This document shows positions 14,268 to 27,468 of a DNA stretch of 64,000 nt, in pieces. The position numbers and the translations under genes were made by a program. The DNA comes from Octopus vulgaris. Lineage: Eukaryota. Positions within the stretch are counted from its first letter, which is position 1; each line of letters opens with the position of its first letter. The notes beneath the pieces are model-generated. The model worked only from the letters and a program-made list of their open reading frames with translations, had not been told where the DNA came from and made no database searches. The stretch is taken from assembly GCA_951406725.2 (NCBI GenBank), contig OX597816.1:45632001-45696000 (forward strand), given 5' to 3'.

Positions 14268-14505
14268 GGTGCCATGTAAAACGCACTGATGCTAGTCACA
14301 GGTTAAAAGCATTAGTGTGGGTTCTGGTGCCACATAAAAAGCATCCAGTACACTCTGTAAAATGGTTGGTGTTAGGAGGGGCATTCAGCTGTAGAAACCA
14401 TGCCTAAACAGACTAAGGAACCTGGTCTTGGCCCCTGGCCTTGCCTGCTCTTGTCAAGCCATCCAACCCACGCCAGTATGGAAAATGGATATTAAATGAC
14501 GATGT
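14268..14505 (+). mobile_element. Family A (GAT-tailed) SINE, diverged copy
   Basis: Same ggttggtgttagga...ccaaccca...ggaaaatggatattaaatgacgatg 3' end. Confidence 0.7.
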
Positions 14506-15448
14506 TAAAGATGACATAGCTGCTCAAATTTTTTAGTAATTTTCTAAAGAATTAAACACAGAGCATAAATATCTAAAAGGTGGTACATGCTATAAAATAC
14601 AAGATTCAAGGGATGCGGCAAGAAAACAAACCAGAGTGCAAAATTAGCATTTGTTTGATCAAAACGTTTTGTTTTTCTTTGAAAAGCATGCAAAAGCGAT
14701 GTTTGCAAATCCCCATTTGCTGAAGTGGGCTACTGAGGCAAAAAAAAAGGTAAAAACAAAATCTCCTAATCATTTGTTCCCTTTGTGATATTACAGAAGC
14801 AAGAGTTAAGCACCAACCTAATGGAGTTTTGTGGACTGCATAGATTTAAAAAAGTAAATATTTTCTTGTTTATTTCCTTCACTGTTGTTCCAAGACCCTT
14901 CCTAAATAATGCAAGATCAACAACAGCCTTGTGGCTATGCAGCAGAGCACTGAACAATTGGACCAATACATCATGAGCCTATATTTTTCTGTCAGAAGAT
15001 ATCTGCCAGAGTTCTTTAATAAATAATTTAGTCAATTTGTAATACTGCTGTCTTTTTTTTTTTGTCTTCACATCTATATTACTTTTTCATTAAGAAGATA
15101 ACCCATCCATTTTATAGTCCTCTTGATCGCTGCAGAAGTGGTGCTTAAGATTATCTAATTAACATAAACTTCGTCAAATGTCAATATAGAGTAAGAAGAA
15201 AAACAAACTAACAAAAAAAAATGAAAAAAATTCAGATAAGAGAGCGGAAATGGTAAGCTGTTGGATAATGATGAAGAGATAACATGGTTTTCAATTTAAA
15301 ATCCGGTGTGGTTCACAAAATAGATGTAAAACCTGAATTATATTCAGTACGGCAGGTACAAAGATATATCTTTAAAAAAAAACAAAAAGTGGGAGGATAA
15401 TGCTAATCTCCGAAGTAGTAACCATGCCAACAGACACAAGAAACTTAC

Positions 15449-15524
15449 CTTTGTTTTCTTTTCAGTTTCAAACGAGTATTATTTTCACCTGAGTTCTCCA
15501 CATCTCCAGATCGTCTGGAATTTT
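15449..15524 (-). CDS. FoxN2/3: FoxN2/3 internal exon (76 nt, phase 1-2): (Q)NSRRSGDVENSGENNTRLKLKRKQ(R)
   Basis: ttcttgtag acceptor and AG|gtaagt donor; open frame; phases join exactly to the exons on both sides. Confidence 0.75.
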
Positions 15525-15585
15525 CTACAAGAATAACAAGAAATTAGAAATTACTTCAGAAAGAAACCAAAGACTTATTAAATAA

Positions 15586-15619
<34 letters not shown>

Positions 15620-15773
15620 GAGAGGAAAAAATGATAAAGTAACAGATTTCTCGCTTTTAAATCATGAATTTCAATTTTGTTAAAAAAGTTCCGATCTAAG
15701 TCACGTTTTCTACTTCCTTCCACTTGAACAGAAATTAGGCATCAACATGTTGTAATAATGGTTCAACCATCCT

Positions 15774-15992
15774 TTAACCCTTTTGTTATTGTATTTATTT
15801 TGAGATGTTCTGCGTTTCTTTCAATTACTTTAAATATAACAAAGAATTTAGTAAAATAACTTAGTTATCATTCAGCTTATATCAGGAACATAAAATGTGA
15901 CTAAGGTTTGGTTGAAGATTTTAATTGAAACCTTAAGAAAACAAGACATTTGTACAACAGAGCCTGAGCCGGGTTGGTAACAAAAGGGTTAA
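15774..15992. mobile_element. piggyBac-type MITE (copies at 8285-8495, 55317-55545, 58280-58480, 59711-59938)
   Basis: TTAA-cccttttgtta...taacaaaaggg-TTAA termini; homologous copies in the window. Confidence 0.8.
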
Positions 15993-16375
15993 ACAAGGAA
16001 AAATATATATATATCAAAGGTAAATAATAGCCATGACTTCAAAATGGTTTAAGACATATGGCTGAGGGAAGAAGGATTTTATTGAAGTTCTCACACAATT
16101 TCTTTCCTGTTGATGCTCACCCACCTCAATGTTAATGTAAGTAAATGAGCTTCCTTTGGTTTCAACGACTAGTATTCCAGTTGTTTGAGCAAATGAGCTG
16201 CAAACAAATTAACAATAATAGCGGTAATTGCTTCAAATTTTGGCACAAGGCCAGCAACTTTAGTGGGGAAGGTTGTTAGTCAATACAATCAACCCCAGTA
16301 TTTAACTGATTACATTATTTTATCGATCTCGAAGGGATGAGAGACATAGTTGCACTTGGTGAAATTTGTTTACTA

Positions 16376-16802
16376 CTAGACTACCACTGACCCATTGGGT
16401 TACCAACAATTCAAGGTACCCGAAAAAAATGCACATCTCAGGAACCCATAGTCTAATTTACATGACACTTGTTTTATTCCATTTGTATTCACATTACAAT
16501 GGTACCTTACTTTCAGAGTATCTTCCCAATATGTGCTGGTTTAGTGATTTCTAAAGGCGTTCACAGTAAAGAGTAATAACTCCAGATTTCACTGCTTAAA
16601 TTTGTGGAAACAAACCCCAAAAAAACCACATATCTCGAGAATCTGTGGTCCAATTTACACAAATCTTGTTTTATTCTGCCTGTATTCATATTTCAGAGCT
16701 ACCTTACTTAGAGAGTACTTTTCCATTATGCACCAGTTTGACAATATTAAATTACAGACAAGTACGCACGCAAGCAATCACAGAGTTTTAGTAGTATATA
16801 GA
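16376..16802 (-). mobile_element. Non-autonomous Helitron (related copy 22253-23094)
   Basis: Minus strand starts tctatatact and ends with hairpin acccaatgggt plus CTAG; the shared body recurs at 22.9-23.0 kb. Confidence 0.7.
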
Positions 16803-17006
16803 TTAAGAGCATCAGGCAGAGAGTATTACAATATCTAGTTATATTGTTTAAAAGGCTGGGTTTGAATCCCTTTAAGAGTTCATAAAATAAGTGCTAGTTA
16901 ACTATATTATCAACAGTGTATGCCCACTACCAAAATTCAGGTACTAACATTAGGATTCTACAGCATATAAATTCTGAGTTCAAATCCCACTAAGACTGAC
17001 TTGACC

Positions 17007-17403
17007 CTCTTTTACTCTTTTACTTGTTTCAGTCATTTGACTGTCGTCATGCTGGAGCACCGCCTTTAGTCGAGCAAATTGACCCCGGGACTTATTCTTT
17101 GTAAGCCTAGTACTTATGCTATCAGTCTCTTTTGCTGAATGGCTTAAGTGGTGGGGAAATAAACACACCAGCATCGGCTGTCAAGCAATGCTAGGGGGAC
17201 AAACACAGACACACAAACATACACACACACACACATATATATATGATGGGCTTCTTTGAGTTTCCGTCTACCAAATCCACTCACAAGGCTTTGGTCAACT
17301 CAAGGCTATAGTAGAAGACACTTGACCAAGATGCCATGCAGTGGGACTGAACCCGGAACCATGTAGTTGGTAAGCAAGCTACTTACTACACAGCCAATCC
17401 TGA
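17007..17403 (-). mobile_element. tRNA-derived CORE-like SINE (family B; octopus OR-type) with internal microsatellite and (TAAAAGAG)n tail
   Basis: A/B-box-like head (tggctgtgt.gtaag / ggttcagtccc), CORE-like 'gtggcaccttgggcaagtgtctt', central (CA)/(TA) tract; many homologous copies. Confidence 0.85.
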
Positions 17404-17964
17404 CCATGTATTTTTTATATATAGATAACGATAAAGCAACAGTCAAGTAAAGAGGTCCACATAATCAAATGCAACTAAATTTCTGGCCTTGTAACTATTT
17501 TAAAAATTAGCCTTATTATAGGAGATTATTATTTAAACAAAGGTTCTCAACCCATTTTGGCCAAAATCCCCCTTTTGACCCTTGGAGTCACAAATACCCC
17601 CACCCACCCTAGAAAATAGTTTTATTTACTCAATATACTACTTATTTTGATATCAGCAGATAATGATTAAAAAATACAGGATGTCGTTTCACATATGCCC
17701 TTGTACGCAGTCGAGAGTACAGATGTGCAAATTGAAATACAAAAAAAAGACGGAATAATGAATTGAAAATTTGGTAATTGCGTTTATTTCCATCATGTGA
17801 CACTTATGAGATCAAGATGTTGTCTATAGAAAGAGTGCTCTTTGGTACAAGAGAGCCCCTTTGCTCCAAAACGCTTCCCTTGAGTTCCATATGGCCCCTC
17901 TTGAAAACCTTTGATTTAAAACAACTCTTCATAATTTCCAGAGTGCTCTTTCGCAGCTCGTGAA

Positions 17965-18480
17965 GGTTGATGGTTGGAATGTGAGAAGTTAGGGTGAGGG
18001 TCAGGATAGGTGGTTGGGGTGTAATGGTGGAGGATTGAGATGTGAGCAGATGGTTGGGGTGTGATGGATATGACTTGGGTGTGAGGGATATGGCTGATGT
18101 GTGAGGGATATGACTGATGTGTGAGAGGGATGGCTGGGGTGTGAGGAAGATGGCTGGGGTGCAAGGAGGATGGCTGGGGTGTGAGGGGAATGGCTGGGGT
18201 GAGGGTTGATGGTTGGGGTGTGATGGATATGGCTGGAATGTGAGGGAAACGGCTGGAATGTGAGGGGAAACGGCTGGAATGTGAGGGGAAACGGCTGGGG
18301 TATGAAGGGGGATGTATGGGGTGAGAGGGATGGCTGAAGGTGAGGGTTGATAGTTGGAGTGTGAAGTTAGGGTGAGGTTCAGGATAGATGGTTGGGGTGT
18401 GATGGTGAAGGATGGGATGGTTGGAATATGAATATGGATGGTTGGAGTGGTGAGTGTAGGTGATTGGGTTGGTGAGTGCA
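17965..18480 (+). repeat. G-rich ~20-bp minisatellite (gatggctggggtgtgaggg) bounded by a ~70 bp direct repeat
   Basis: Tandem degenerate units; gaagttagggtgagg.tcaggatag.tggttggggtgt occurs near 17985 and 18363. Confidence 0.85.
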
Positions 18481-18859
18481 GGTGGCCAAGGCAGAGAGGG
18501 TGGAAGGAAAGGACAGAGAGGGCGGGACAAAGTAGAGAGTAATGATGACTGGAGGGAAGAGGATTTTTTATATATATACATATATATTTACATGCTCTTA
18601 TTTATAGTTTTTATATGTACCTCATGGTCCAATTTAAAAAAAAAAAAAGAATTGTTCCATGTTCTCTCTAAAGTTTACACATTTTTGTGACATCAGCAAC
18701 ATACAATTCTCGCTGGTAGGAAAAAAGTTTCTGAAATGAATTGCTTTGGTCCAATGATAAAATGCCTCCAATGTCTACAGGAAATGTAGGTTCAAGTCAC
18801 ACAAGCAACCTCTGCTTTTTTCAACCAAAAAGGGCTTTTCAATTCAATGCTGTTATTTA

Positions 18860-19487
18860 CAGTAATCCCTTGACTATCGCAGGTGTTACATTCCAAATCC
18901 CCCCCGCAACAGGTGAAAATCTGCGAAGTAGAAACAGTACTGTGCTGCATATATCTTTATAATTTGTATATATTTATGGAGATGTACTTGCATAGCAAGT
19001 GATTTGATCTGAGATCATGTGCTGAAACGAAAACAATTGCAGCATGGAAGGTGTTCATAAGCCATTTAAGAAACACACAAAAGCTGTTCGATTCACTTCA
19101 ACATTTAAGTTTAATTTGTCAACATATTTTCGTTGCTTTAAGATCACGACCTGTTCACTGACAAAAATCTGTGCTGCATCTGAGAAAGTAACAGTTAGTT
19201 CGTTATATATATGTACGTATGTATGCATGCATGCATGCACACACTATAAACTTAAAGCTATAAACCTGTAGTGATGGATAGGTGTAGACTGACCACTCAT
19301 TACAACAATATCAAATTTCAACCCACCCACCCCCCCGCCGAAACTAAGAAGTGATTTACGACCCTTACCCCCACGACAAAACTCTAAAACCTATTATCAG
19401 CTACTTATCTCTATATCTCAAAACTTTTGTTTTACTATTGCTTATCTTTTTTCTCCCCCCTCCCCCTTACATTTAGTTAGTTCAAGT

Positions 19488-19530
<43 letters not shown>

Positions 19531-20027
19531 GTATGTATGTGCGTATGTATGTGTGTATGCACGTACGTACGCATCTGCATATGTATGTATATGCGCATGT
19601 ATATATGTGTGTGTACATGTACGTGTGTATGCCCATACGCATGTATGTATGTTTGTACTTATTTTATTATAAATGCAAAACAACACCACATGCTCAGCTC
19701 CCGAGTTTTGCTTTCCATACAGTACGTGCAGTTCTTTGTTTACTCATCTACAGTACACTACATATTGTCTTTTGATATATTTTAATTATACAGTATTTAT
19801 TCATACAGTGTTTATACAGTATTGTACTTTTATTTATTAATTTATGAATTTTTAGGCATGAAAATGCTACAGAAATAATTAAAATCTAAAAAATAAATAA
19901 CCATCAACTGCAGAAACCCACGATACACGGAGGAATCTGTGATATACATTGACATTATATAAGCCAGAAAAATCCGCAATGTACTGAAGGCACGATAGTT
20001 GAACCGTGTTATGGCAGGTGATTACTG
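18860..20027. mobile_element. pogo/Tigger-like non-autonomous DNA transposon with nested insertions
   Basis: TA-cagtaatccc...gtgattactg-TA termini. Confidence 0.7.
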
Positions 20028-21709
20028 TATAGCTTTATATGTACTTCAAGATCCAATCCCAAAATGGTTTTAAAACAAGAACTCCATATCCCTATACATT
20101 ATCAGAGATGACAAGAAGCTTTGCTAAGAGGGAAGGTATTCTACCATAGAACACTTAAGAAAACCCATCCAACCCAGACCACCATGGAAAAGTGAATGCA
20201 AAACAGTAATATGTTTGTGTATACATGCATGTATTTATTTATTATTTTATTTTATTTTATCTAGTTTCAGCTCACGAACTGTGGCCATGCTGCGGCACCG
20301 CCATTATGTATGTAGAGGAAAACAGAAAGAGGTGTTAGTGAGGATTACAAATCCGCAATTAAAAAACTCAACAAGCAACAACATAGCAAGTACAAACTAA
20401 GTGTATGTGTGAGTGTGTATAGATGTGTGTATACATATATGTGTATGCGTGTGTGTATAGATGTGTGTGTGTGTGAATGTTAGTTCTTGCTAAGTTGTGG
20501 TACCTGCTGAAATGGTATTTGTTGAGTTTTTACTTGCTGGGTTGCAGTGTTCTCATTAGCAAGTTGGTACAGAAACAATTCCTGTTATATAAATTACTAA
20601 GGGAAGGATATGTATGTGTGTGTGTGTGTATGTGTGTGTGTGTGTGTGTGTTTTGTAGGCCCTCTCAGACTGTTGTGATGATATGCAGCCCAAAACATTT
20701 TTGTAAGAAAACCTTCAGCAAGGAAAGAACTGGGAATGTGATGGTGTCTGGTAAACTCCACTAAAGGCACCCAAAGATCTGGTGGTGGTGGGGGAGGGGC
20801 AGTGGTAGCAGGAATTATGTCTTTAAATCTTTTACATTATTTGATGTATACTGCTTTCAAATAAAAATATCTTTCATCACATGGAAAAGGAGGAAGAGGA
20901 AGGAGAGGAGGAGGGTCAGTAAAATTACTATAGTGGGTGCAATGGGACCGATTTTTATGAATCATATCCTCTCACTGATATAAAAATAAACTTTGTGTCT
21001 AGTTAAAAAAAAAAAAATCAACATCGGATTATATATATATATATCTATATTAGAAAAATAAAATTCAAAGACTGAATTTCTGAACACCATTAATTCATTT
21101 TCTAATCAATAGTATCATTTGCGACTCAAATTCAACCCCAGATAATATAATTGTTGAGGAATATTGATTCCACTATTTGCTCTTCGCATCTGAGTGGTTC
21201 ACAAAATCTATAACCATGAAAACTTCACCAGCATAAAGAATGCCCGTGCAGATCGCTTGACTTGGTGGAACCATTCCTCACCCCCCACCCCCTGCCATTT
21301 CCAGACTATTGACTACAGATGTTGTCAGCATGTCTTGTCTTTAATAGTTTCTGTTATAGATTTATTACAAGCTTTCAGTTATTATGACCTTGTGTGGTTT
21401 ATTACTAAAGGACCAAGAGAACACATGTTATGAATAAAATATGTATGGGTAGCGAATCAGCAAATTCATTAAGTGCTGGATGGATTGCTTTGCAAGTATT
21501 AGTTCCGGCTCTCTACACCCTAAGTCCAAAATCCTGCCAAGGTCAACTATGCTTTTTATCATTTAGGAATCAATAATTAAAACACCAATCTAGAGAGAGA
21601 CAGATGGAGAGCATGAGATGGGGGGGGGGGGGTTCCACTGAATAAAAACTGTCATTAACTGAGCATAAAGACTCATTACATAATTTTTATATTCATATAT
21701 ATATATATC

Positions 21710-22070
21710 ATTATCATCATCATCGTTTAACGTCCGCTTTCCATGCTAGCATGTGTTGGACAGTTCAACTGGGGTCTGGGAAGCCCGAAGGCTGCACCAG
21801 GCCAGTCAGATCTGGCAGTGTTTCTACAGCTGGATGCCCTTCCTAACGCCAACCACTCCGTGAGTGTAGTGGGTGCTTTTTACGTGCCACCGACACAGGT
21901 GCCAGACGAGGCTGGCGAATGGCCATGCTCGGATGGTGCTTTTTACATGCCACCGGCACGGAGGCCAGGTGAGGCTGGCAACGGCCACATTTGGATGGTT
22001 CTCTTACATGCCACCGGCACTCGGTGCTGGCTACGGCCACATTCGGATGGTTCTCTTACGTGCCACCAGT
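21710..22070 (-). mobile_element. Family A (GAT-tailed) SINE
   Basis: catcatcatcgtttaacgtccgctttccatgctagcatg... with four internal tandem units. Confidence 0.85.
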
Positions 22071-23094
22071 GTATACAAAATATTGACAGTGACTTCAAAG
22101 TTTCAAAAAAACAGATTTCTCAATCATTTACAAAATCAATAAATGAAATGCCAGTCCAGGGACAGAAAGATAGATGTTTTTCATTGGATAAAAACAACAA
22201 CCATTAACTAAGCATAATAACTCATTACATAATTAATACATATATATATATACTAGACTAGATTACCCATGACCCATTGGGTCACCAGAAAAGTCTGAGT
22301 TTCCTGCCAAAGGAGTTTTGTTTTGTGGGGTTTTTTTTTTTTCTTTTCCAAGTTATTTCACATGCTTTCAATGTGACAATGTGACACAAAATCACGCATA
22401 AATGGCTCCTTTCACCAGAAAAGGAAAGATTTGGCTGCTATTTCTTACACACCCTGCTACCACATAACAGGTATTTCAGGTCCTTTATCACAAGTAGCTG
22501 TTACATAGTAGCAGGACATGATAAAAATCGCAACCAAATCTTTGGAGGTGAGACAGGTTGAATGCACTCGGAAAAGGTCTTTTATGAAATATTTACCATA
22601 TTTTTAAAGTCATTTTCACTTTCAAATAATTTAAAATATTGTCTGTTTAAAGAAAGCTAAAATATAAATATTTACTGTACAAACAACTTACATTTCTGAA
22701 ATCACATTGACTTAAAAATATTTCTAAATGATTAAATATTGTTTTTAACGAAAGTGAAAATAGAAACATTTACTGTAAAAAAAAAATTGTATTTTTTCTT
22801 TGCCAAGTCACTGTGCCTAATCAAAAGGTAAGAGGTTCTTCACTTTCAGGATTAAGTTATTTTCAAAATATTTTCCCATTATGCACCATTTTGGATATTT
22901 ATACCCCAAAAATCCCTAATATCTCCATAACCATTTGTCCGATTTATGCAAAATTTGCTTTATTCTGTTCATATTAACATTTAACATTTCAAGGGCAACT
23001 TAATTCATAGTATTTCTCCCATTATACGCCAGTTTGGCTGGGTAACATTACAAGCAAGCAAGATGCAGACTGATTTTTAATGTATTATATATAG

Positions 23095-23245
23095 TACTCA
23101 TTCTGTCAGTCCCTTTTGCTGAACTGCTAAGTTATGGGGGATGTGAACACACCAACACCAGTTCTCAAGCAGTGATGAGGGGCCAAACACAGACACACAC
23201 AAACATATATATATATATGTCCTCTTTAACAATTATATATATATC

Positions 23246-23303
<58 letters not shown>

Positions 23304-23476
23304 CACATACACACAACAGGCTTCTTTCCATTTCTGTCAACCATATCCACCCATTAGGCTTAGGTCAACCTGAGGCTATAGTAGAAGACACTTGTCCAAA
23401 GTGTCATGCAGTAGGATTGAACCAGGAACCATGTGGTTGGGAAGCAAGCTTCTTGCAACACAGCCACACCTGCACC
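23095..23476 (-). mobile_element. Family B SINE, diverged
   Basis: gaggctatagtagaagacacttg...gaaccatgtggttgggaagcaagcttctt. Confidence 0.75.
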
Positions 23477-23755
23477 TATTAATTGATAAAAAAAAAAGTC
23501 TAGCTAAACAGTGATTTATGTGAAGTTGGAGAATGAAATACTGGCCTCAAAAACGAGAGACAGCATCAGGAAAAGTATCCGTCTGTAAAATACAGCAATA
23601 ACAAACACCATTCCACCCATGCCAGCATGGTTAAAGAATGAGCATAAAAACATAAAAGCAATGATGATGAATGATCAGTTACTTATATACATAAATCTGG
23701 TCTTTGTTCAAAGGGTTGTTTTTTTGTTTTTTTTATTGGTCTTTGAAGTACTTAC

Positions 23756-23812
23756 GTTTATTGAGTCCTTTCATAGACATCAAGGTATATGCCACATCAT
23801 GGATGTCAGAAT
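23756..23812 (-). CDS. FoxN2/3: FoxN2/3 internal exon (57 nt, phase 1-1): DSDIHDVAYTLMSMKGLNK
   Basis: gttttacag acceptor and gtaagt donor; matches the FoxN2/3 'D-x-D-A/V-A-x-x-M/L-x-x-L/M' motif (FOXN3 PDIDAASAMMLL). Confidence 0.85.
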
Positions 23813-23904
23813 CTGTAAAACACAATGAAAGTAAAACGATAGTGATAATATTAACCAAACAACTACAAATTTACTTATACTATTACTACTACTACTAATA
23901 ATAA

Positions 23905-24119
23905 TAATTCTTTCTACTATATGCACAAGGACTGAAATTTTGGGGGAGAGAACCAGCTGATGACATCAACCTGTGTTTCACTGGTACTTAATTTATTGAC
24001 TCCCAAAAGGATGAAAGGCAAAGTTGACCACGGCAGAATTTGAACTCAGAACATGGCAATGGGTGAAATACCACTAAGCATTTTGTCCAGCATGCTAATG
24101 ATTCTGCCAGCTCACTGCC

Positions 24120-24156
<37 letters not shown>

Positions 24157-24940
24157 GCTGATGATATGTAATTGGGGAGCATCATAGCCATGTGTTGAGA
24201 GGAATTCTTTGGGGTTTGAATAATTCATATCTGGAAACATGGGTGGTTCTTTCAACATCCTTAAACAACCCTTATTCAGGGACCTTTTGAGCGGGAGGGG
24301 TTACTCCACCAGAAGAAAATTCTAACTGGGCCCCACCTGCAAGGTCATGTGCTGTTTATCTTGATATGAGATCACCATGTCGCGCACATATGGTTGTGAT
24401 GCATGTGTCTAGTGTACCCTTATCAGATGGGTAGTCATGATGGGTATACTGGGCTTCGTATATTTTACCCCAGTGTCACTTTGATGGCTTGCACTGCTCT
24501 CTCACTCAATAATAATAATCCTTTCTACTCTAAGCATAGAACCTGGACTTTGTGGGGAAGCGGTCTATTGATTACATCAACCCATGTTTAACTGGTACTT
24601 AATTTATCAACCCCAAATGGATGAAAGGCAAAGTCGACACTAGCGGAATTTGAACTCAGAATGTAGCAGCAGACGAAATACCACTAAGCATTTCGCCCAT
24701 TGACAATTTGGCCAGCTCACCGCCTTAATAATAATAATAATAATAATCTTTTCTACTGTAGACACAAGGCCTGAAATTTGGAGGGAATGGGGTTAGTTGA
24801 TTACATCAACCCCAGTGCTCAACTGGTGTTTGTTTTCATCAGTCCTGAAAGGATGAACAGCTGAGTTGACTTCAGCAGAATCTAAATAAGGAAGATGGAC
24901 AAAATGCATTTTGTCTAGCATGCTGATAATTCTGCCAGCC
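23905..24940. mobile_element. (AAT)n-anchored cluster: three family C SINEs (minus strand) plus one LINE 3'-end fragment (24157-24518, plus strand)
   Basis: The elements are separated by (AAT)n tracts; the fragment ending ctctctcactcaataataataat recurs at 45800-46030 and 47240-47325. Confidence 0.8.
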
Positions 24941-25461
24941 GTTGTCTTCATATTGTTATTATTATTACTATTATTATTATTATTACTATTATTATTATTA
25001 AGTTGCAAAAATGGCAAGCGAGGATGGTACCACTCTCAATGTAGACCTGCGAGTTGGAAGGAAGGAAGAAAGTACAGTGGGCTCTCATCCTTGGTACTAG
25101 GGGTGATTTTGGACGGATCCCCCAGAATTGCTGGCCTCATGCCAAACTTTGAAATCGTTATTAGTAGTAGTACTATCAATGATGTCAAATGATTTGACAC
25201 TTCCCTCGGTCATTAAGCCATATTTCAAATGACCAATGCTTTAAAATGACTTGTCTAATGAATCAATGCATGGAATACAATTAAAAGGATATGAGATTTT
25301 CATGTTATAACTACACCGTTATAAGGCTACATGATAACAATTATAATAAACAATAAACTCAGAACTGAGTGTATGAGCATATGTGTGTCTATCAGTCCTT
25401 GTCTTGACATCATGTGACTGCTGTAAATGTTATTCATTTCTAACATTCTGCAAAACCATGT

Positions 25462-25655
25462 CTCTTTTACTTGTTTCAGTCATTTGACTGTGGTCATACT
25501 GGAGCACCACCATTACTCGAGCAAATCGACCCCGGGACTTATTCTTTGTAAGCCTAGTACTTATTCTATCGGTCTCTTTTGCCGAACCGCTAAGTTACAG
25601 GGATATAAACACACCAGCATCGGTTGTCAAGCGATGCTAGGGGGACAAATACAGC

Positions 25656-25687
<32 letters not shown>

Positions 25688-25859
25688 CATACATATATAC
25701 GATGAGCTTCTTTTAGTTTCTGTTTACCAAATCCACTCACAAGGCTTTGAACGGCCTGAGGCCATAGTAGAAGACACTTGCCCAAGGTGCCACGCAGTGG
25801 GACTGAACCCAGAACTATGTGGTTGGTAAGCAAGCTACTTACCACACAGCCACTCCTGC
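25462..25859 (-). mobile_element. Family B SINE
   Basis: Full-length homology to 17007-17403. Confidence 0.85.
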
Positions 25860-26607
25860 TAGCATGGGTTACATGAATACTGAGAAAAAAGTTGTTGTGG
25901 CCAGATGCCCTTCCTGTTGCCAACCCTTATCAGTTTCCAAGCAGGATAATATTTTCCCTCATGACCAGATATGTTTTTTGCGGAATATTAGAAACGAACC
26001 ATATTCATTTACAACAATCATGCAATATTAAGACAAACACATGCACACGCACACAACGGGCTTCTTTCAGTCTACCAAACTCAATCACATGGCTTTGGTT
26101 GGTCCAGGGCCATAATAAAAGAAGACACTTGCCCAAGGCGTCACACAGTGGGACTGAACCTGAAATCATATGGTTGGGAAGTAAACTTCTTAACCACACT
26201 ACTATGCCAGTACCAAGCAATCTGCATCACTCTGATATCACCTAATTATCGTTAAGAACACACACATTTATCGAATACTCAGCTTCTTGCATGCTAATTC
26301 AATGAGCATGTAGTTCATTTGATCAAACAGCTGAATACACATCAGTGAAACCGACAAAGATTCATTTACTTTATTACTGTCTTCATATTGAATTTCAGTA
26401 AACTTAAAGCATGATTTTGTCACTACCTTTCTCTGTATCTGCAAAATGTCTTACATACAGTCAGAGAGATCAAGAACTAACTAAGAATATTTATAATGAT
26501 ATTTGTGCAGGCACAAACATTTTTAGATTGTTTATTTGATTGAACAGTAGATTGATTTCAGTAATGAGATATCTAGTTTTCCTTTTGCTGTGTGTGCACG
26601 TACGAGC

Positions 26608-26648
<41 letters not shown>

Positions 26649-27468
26649 TAATTGCATTTTTCCTTTCTAAATATTAAATTTATAATTAACTTTTGTTCAG
26701 CCCTATATCAGCCCTGATTAAAAAGTATTCCTGCTTTGGTCAGCCTCTCTTTTTATGTACCTATCTAGAACTTCAAGCCTGGGGTTGCACCAAGTGGTGG
26801 TATTCCACCACTATCAGAACCCAAATCTTAGAAGCCACCTGAAGAGAAAAGGAAGAAATCAAACGACAGGGAAGAAAGACTTAACAAAATCAACTTCATC
26901 CTCCACCAGTATTACCATGCAGTCAATGCCATCAATTCTACTATGTAAGAATTGGTCTACAGAGTCATCAATGCCATCACCATAAAGGAAGCATTCAGCA
27001 AAAAAGCTAAATTCTCAGATACAAGATAAATCCAACAACGATGATAACTACACTATTCAATGCGTTCTCCTTGTTGTAAGAGAGTGTGGTAGATGTGATG
27101 TGAAGGAAGAATTGTTTGCTATTTTTATCAGGTTATGAAACAACTTAGAGACACCCTCAATTTATTAGCTTAGTTGCAAATAAATCTCCAGTGATGCCTC
27201 TACTAGCTGACTACTAATGAGACTCACTTTCATCATTTCATATTCACTAAAATTCAATCAAATCTACACATATGTTATTTACACAATTCTAGCACTACTT
27301 TCCTTTCATCATTCTTTATACATTACTATTCAACTGTTTCTTAATTCGGTATCTTCACTCATGTATCGTATTGCTTTCAATTTAGTCAGCATCTGAAACT
27401 CTCTCATTCATTCACTCACTCACTCACTCACTCACCCAGTTATAATAATGTATGATAGTTAGACTCAC

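Noticed and set aside
17340-17403. tRNA-like A/B boxes
   Set aside because: These are SINE heads; no complete cloverleaf, so no tRNA gene is called.
17916-18581. 221-aa Pro/His/Ser-rich ORF
   Set aside because: Reverse translation of a G-rich minisatellite; no splice or homology support.
21873-22070. CRISPR-like pattern of palindromic ~24-nt repeats (gtgctttttacgtgccaccggcac) with 30-40 nt spacers
   Set aside because: The spacers resemble each other, the array is internal to a multi-copy eukaryotic SINE, and there are no cas genes; it is a tandem repeat.
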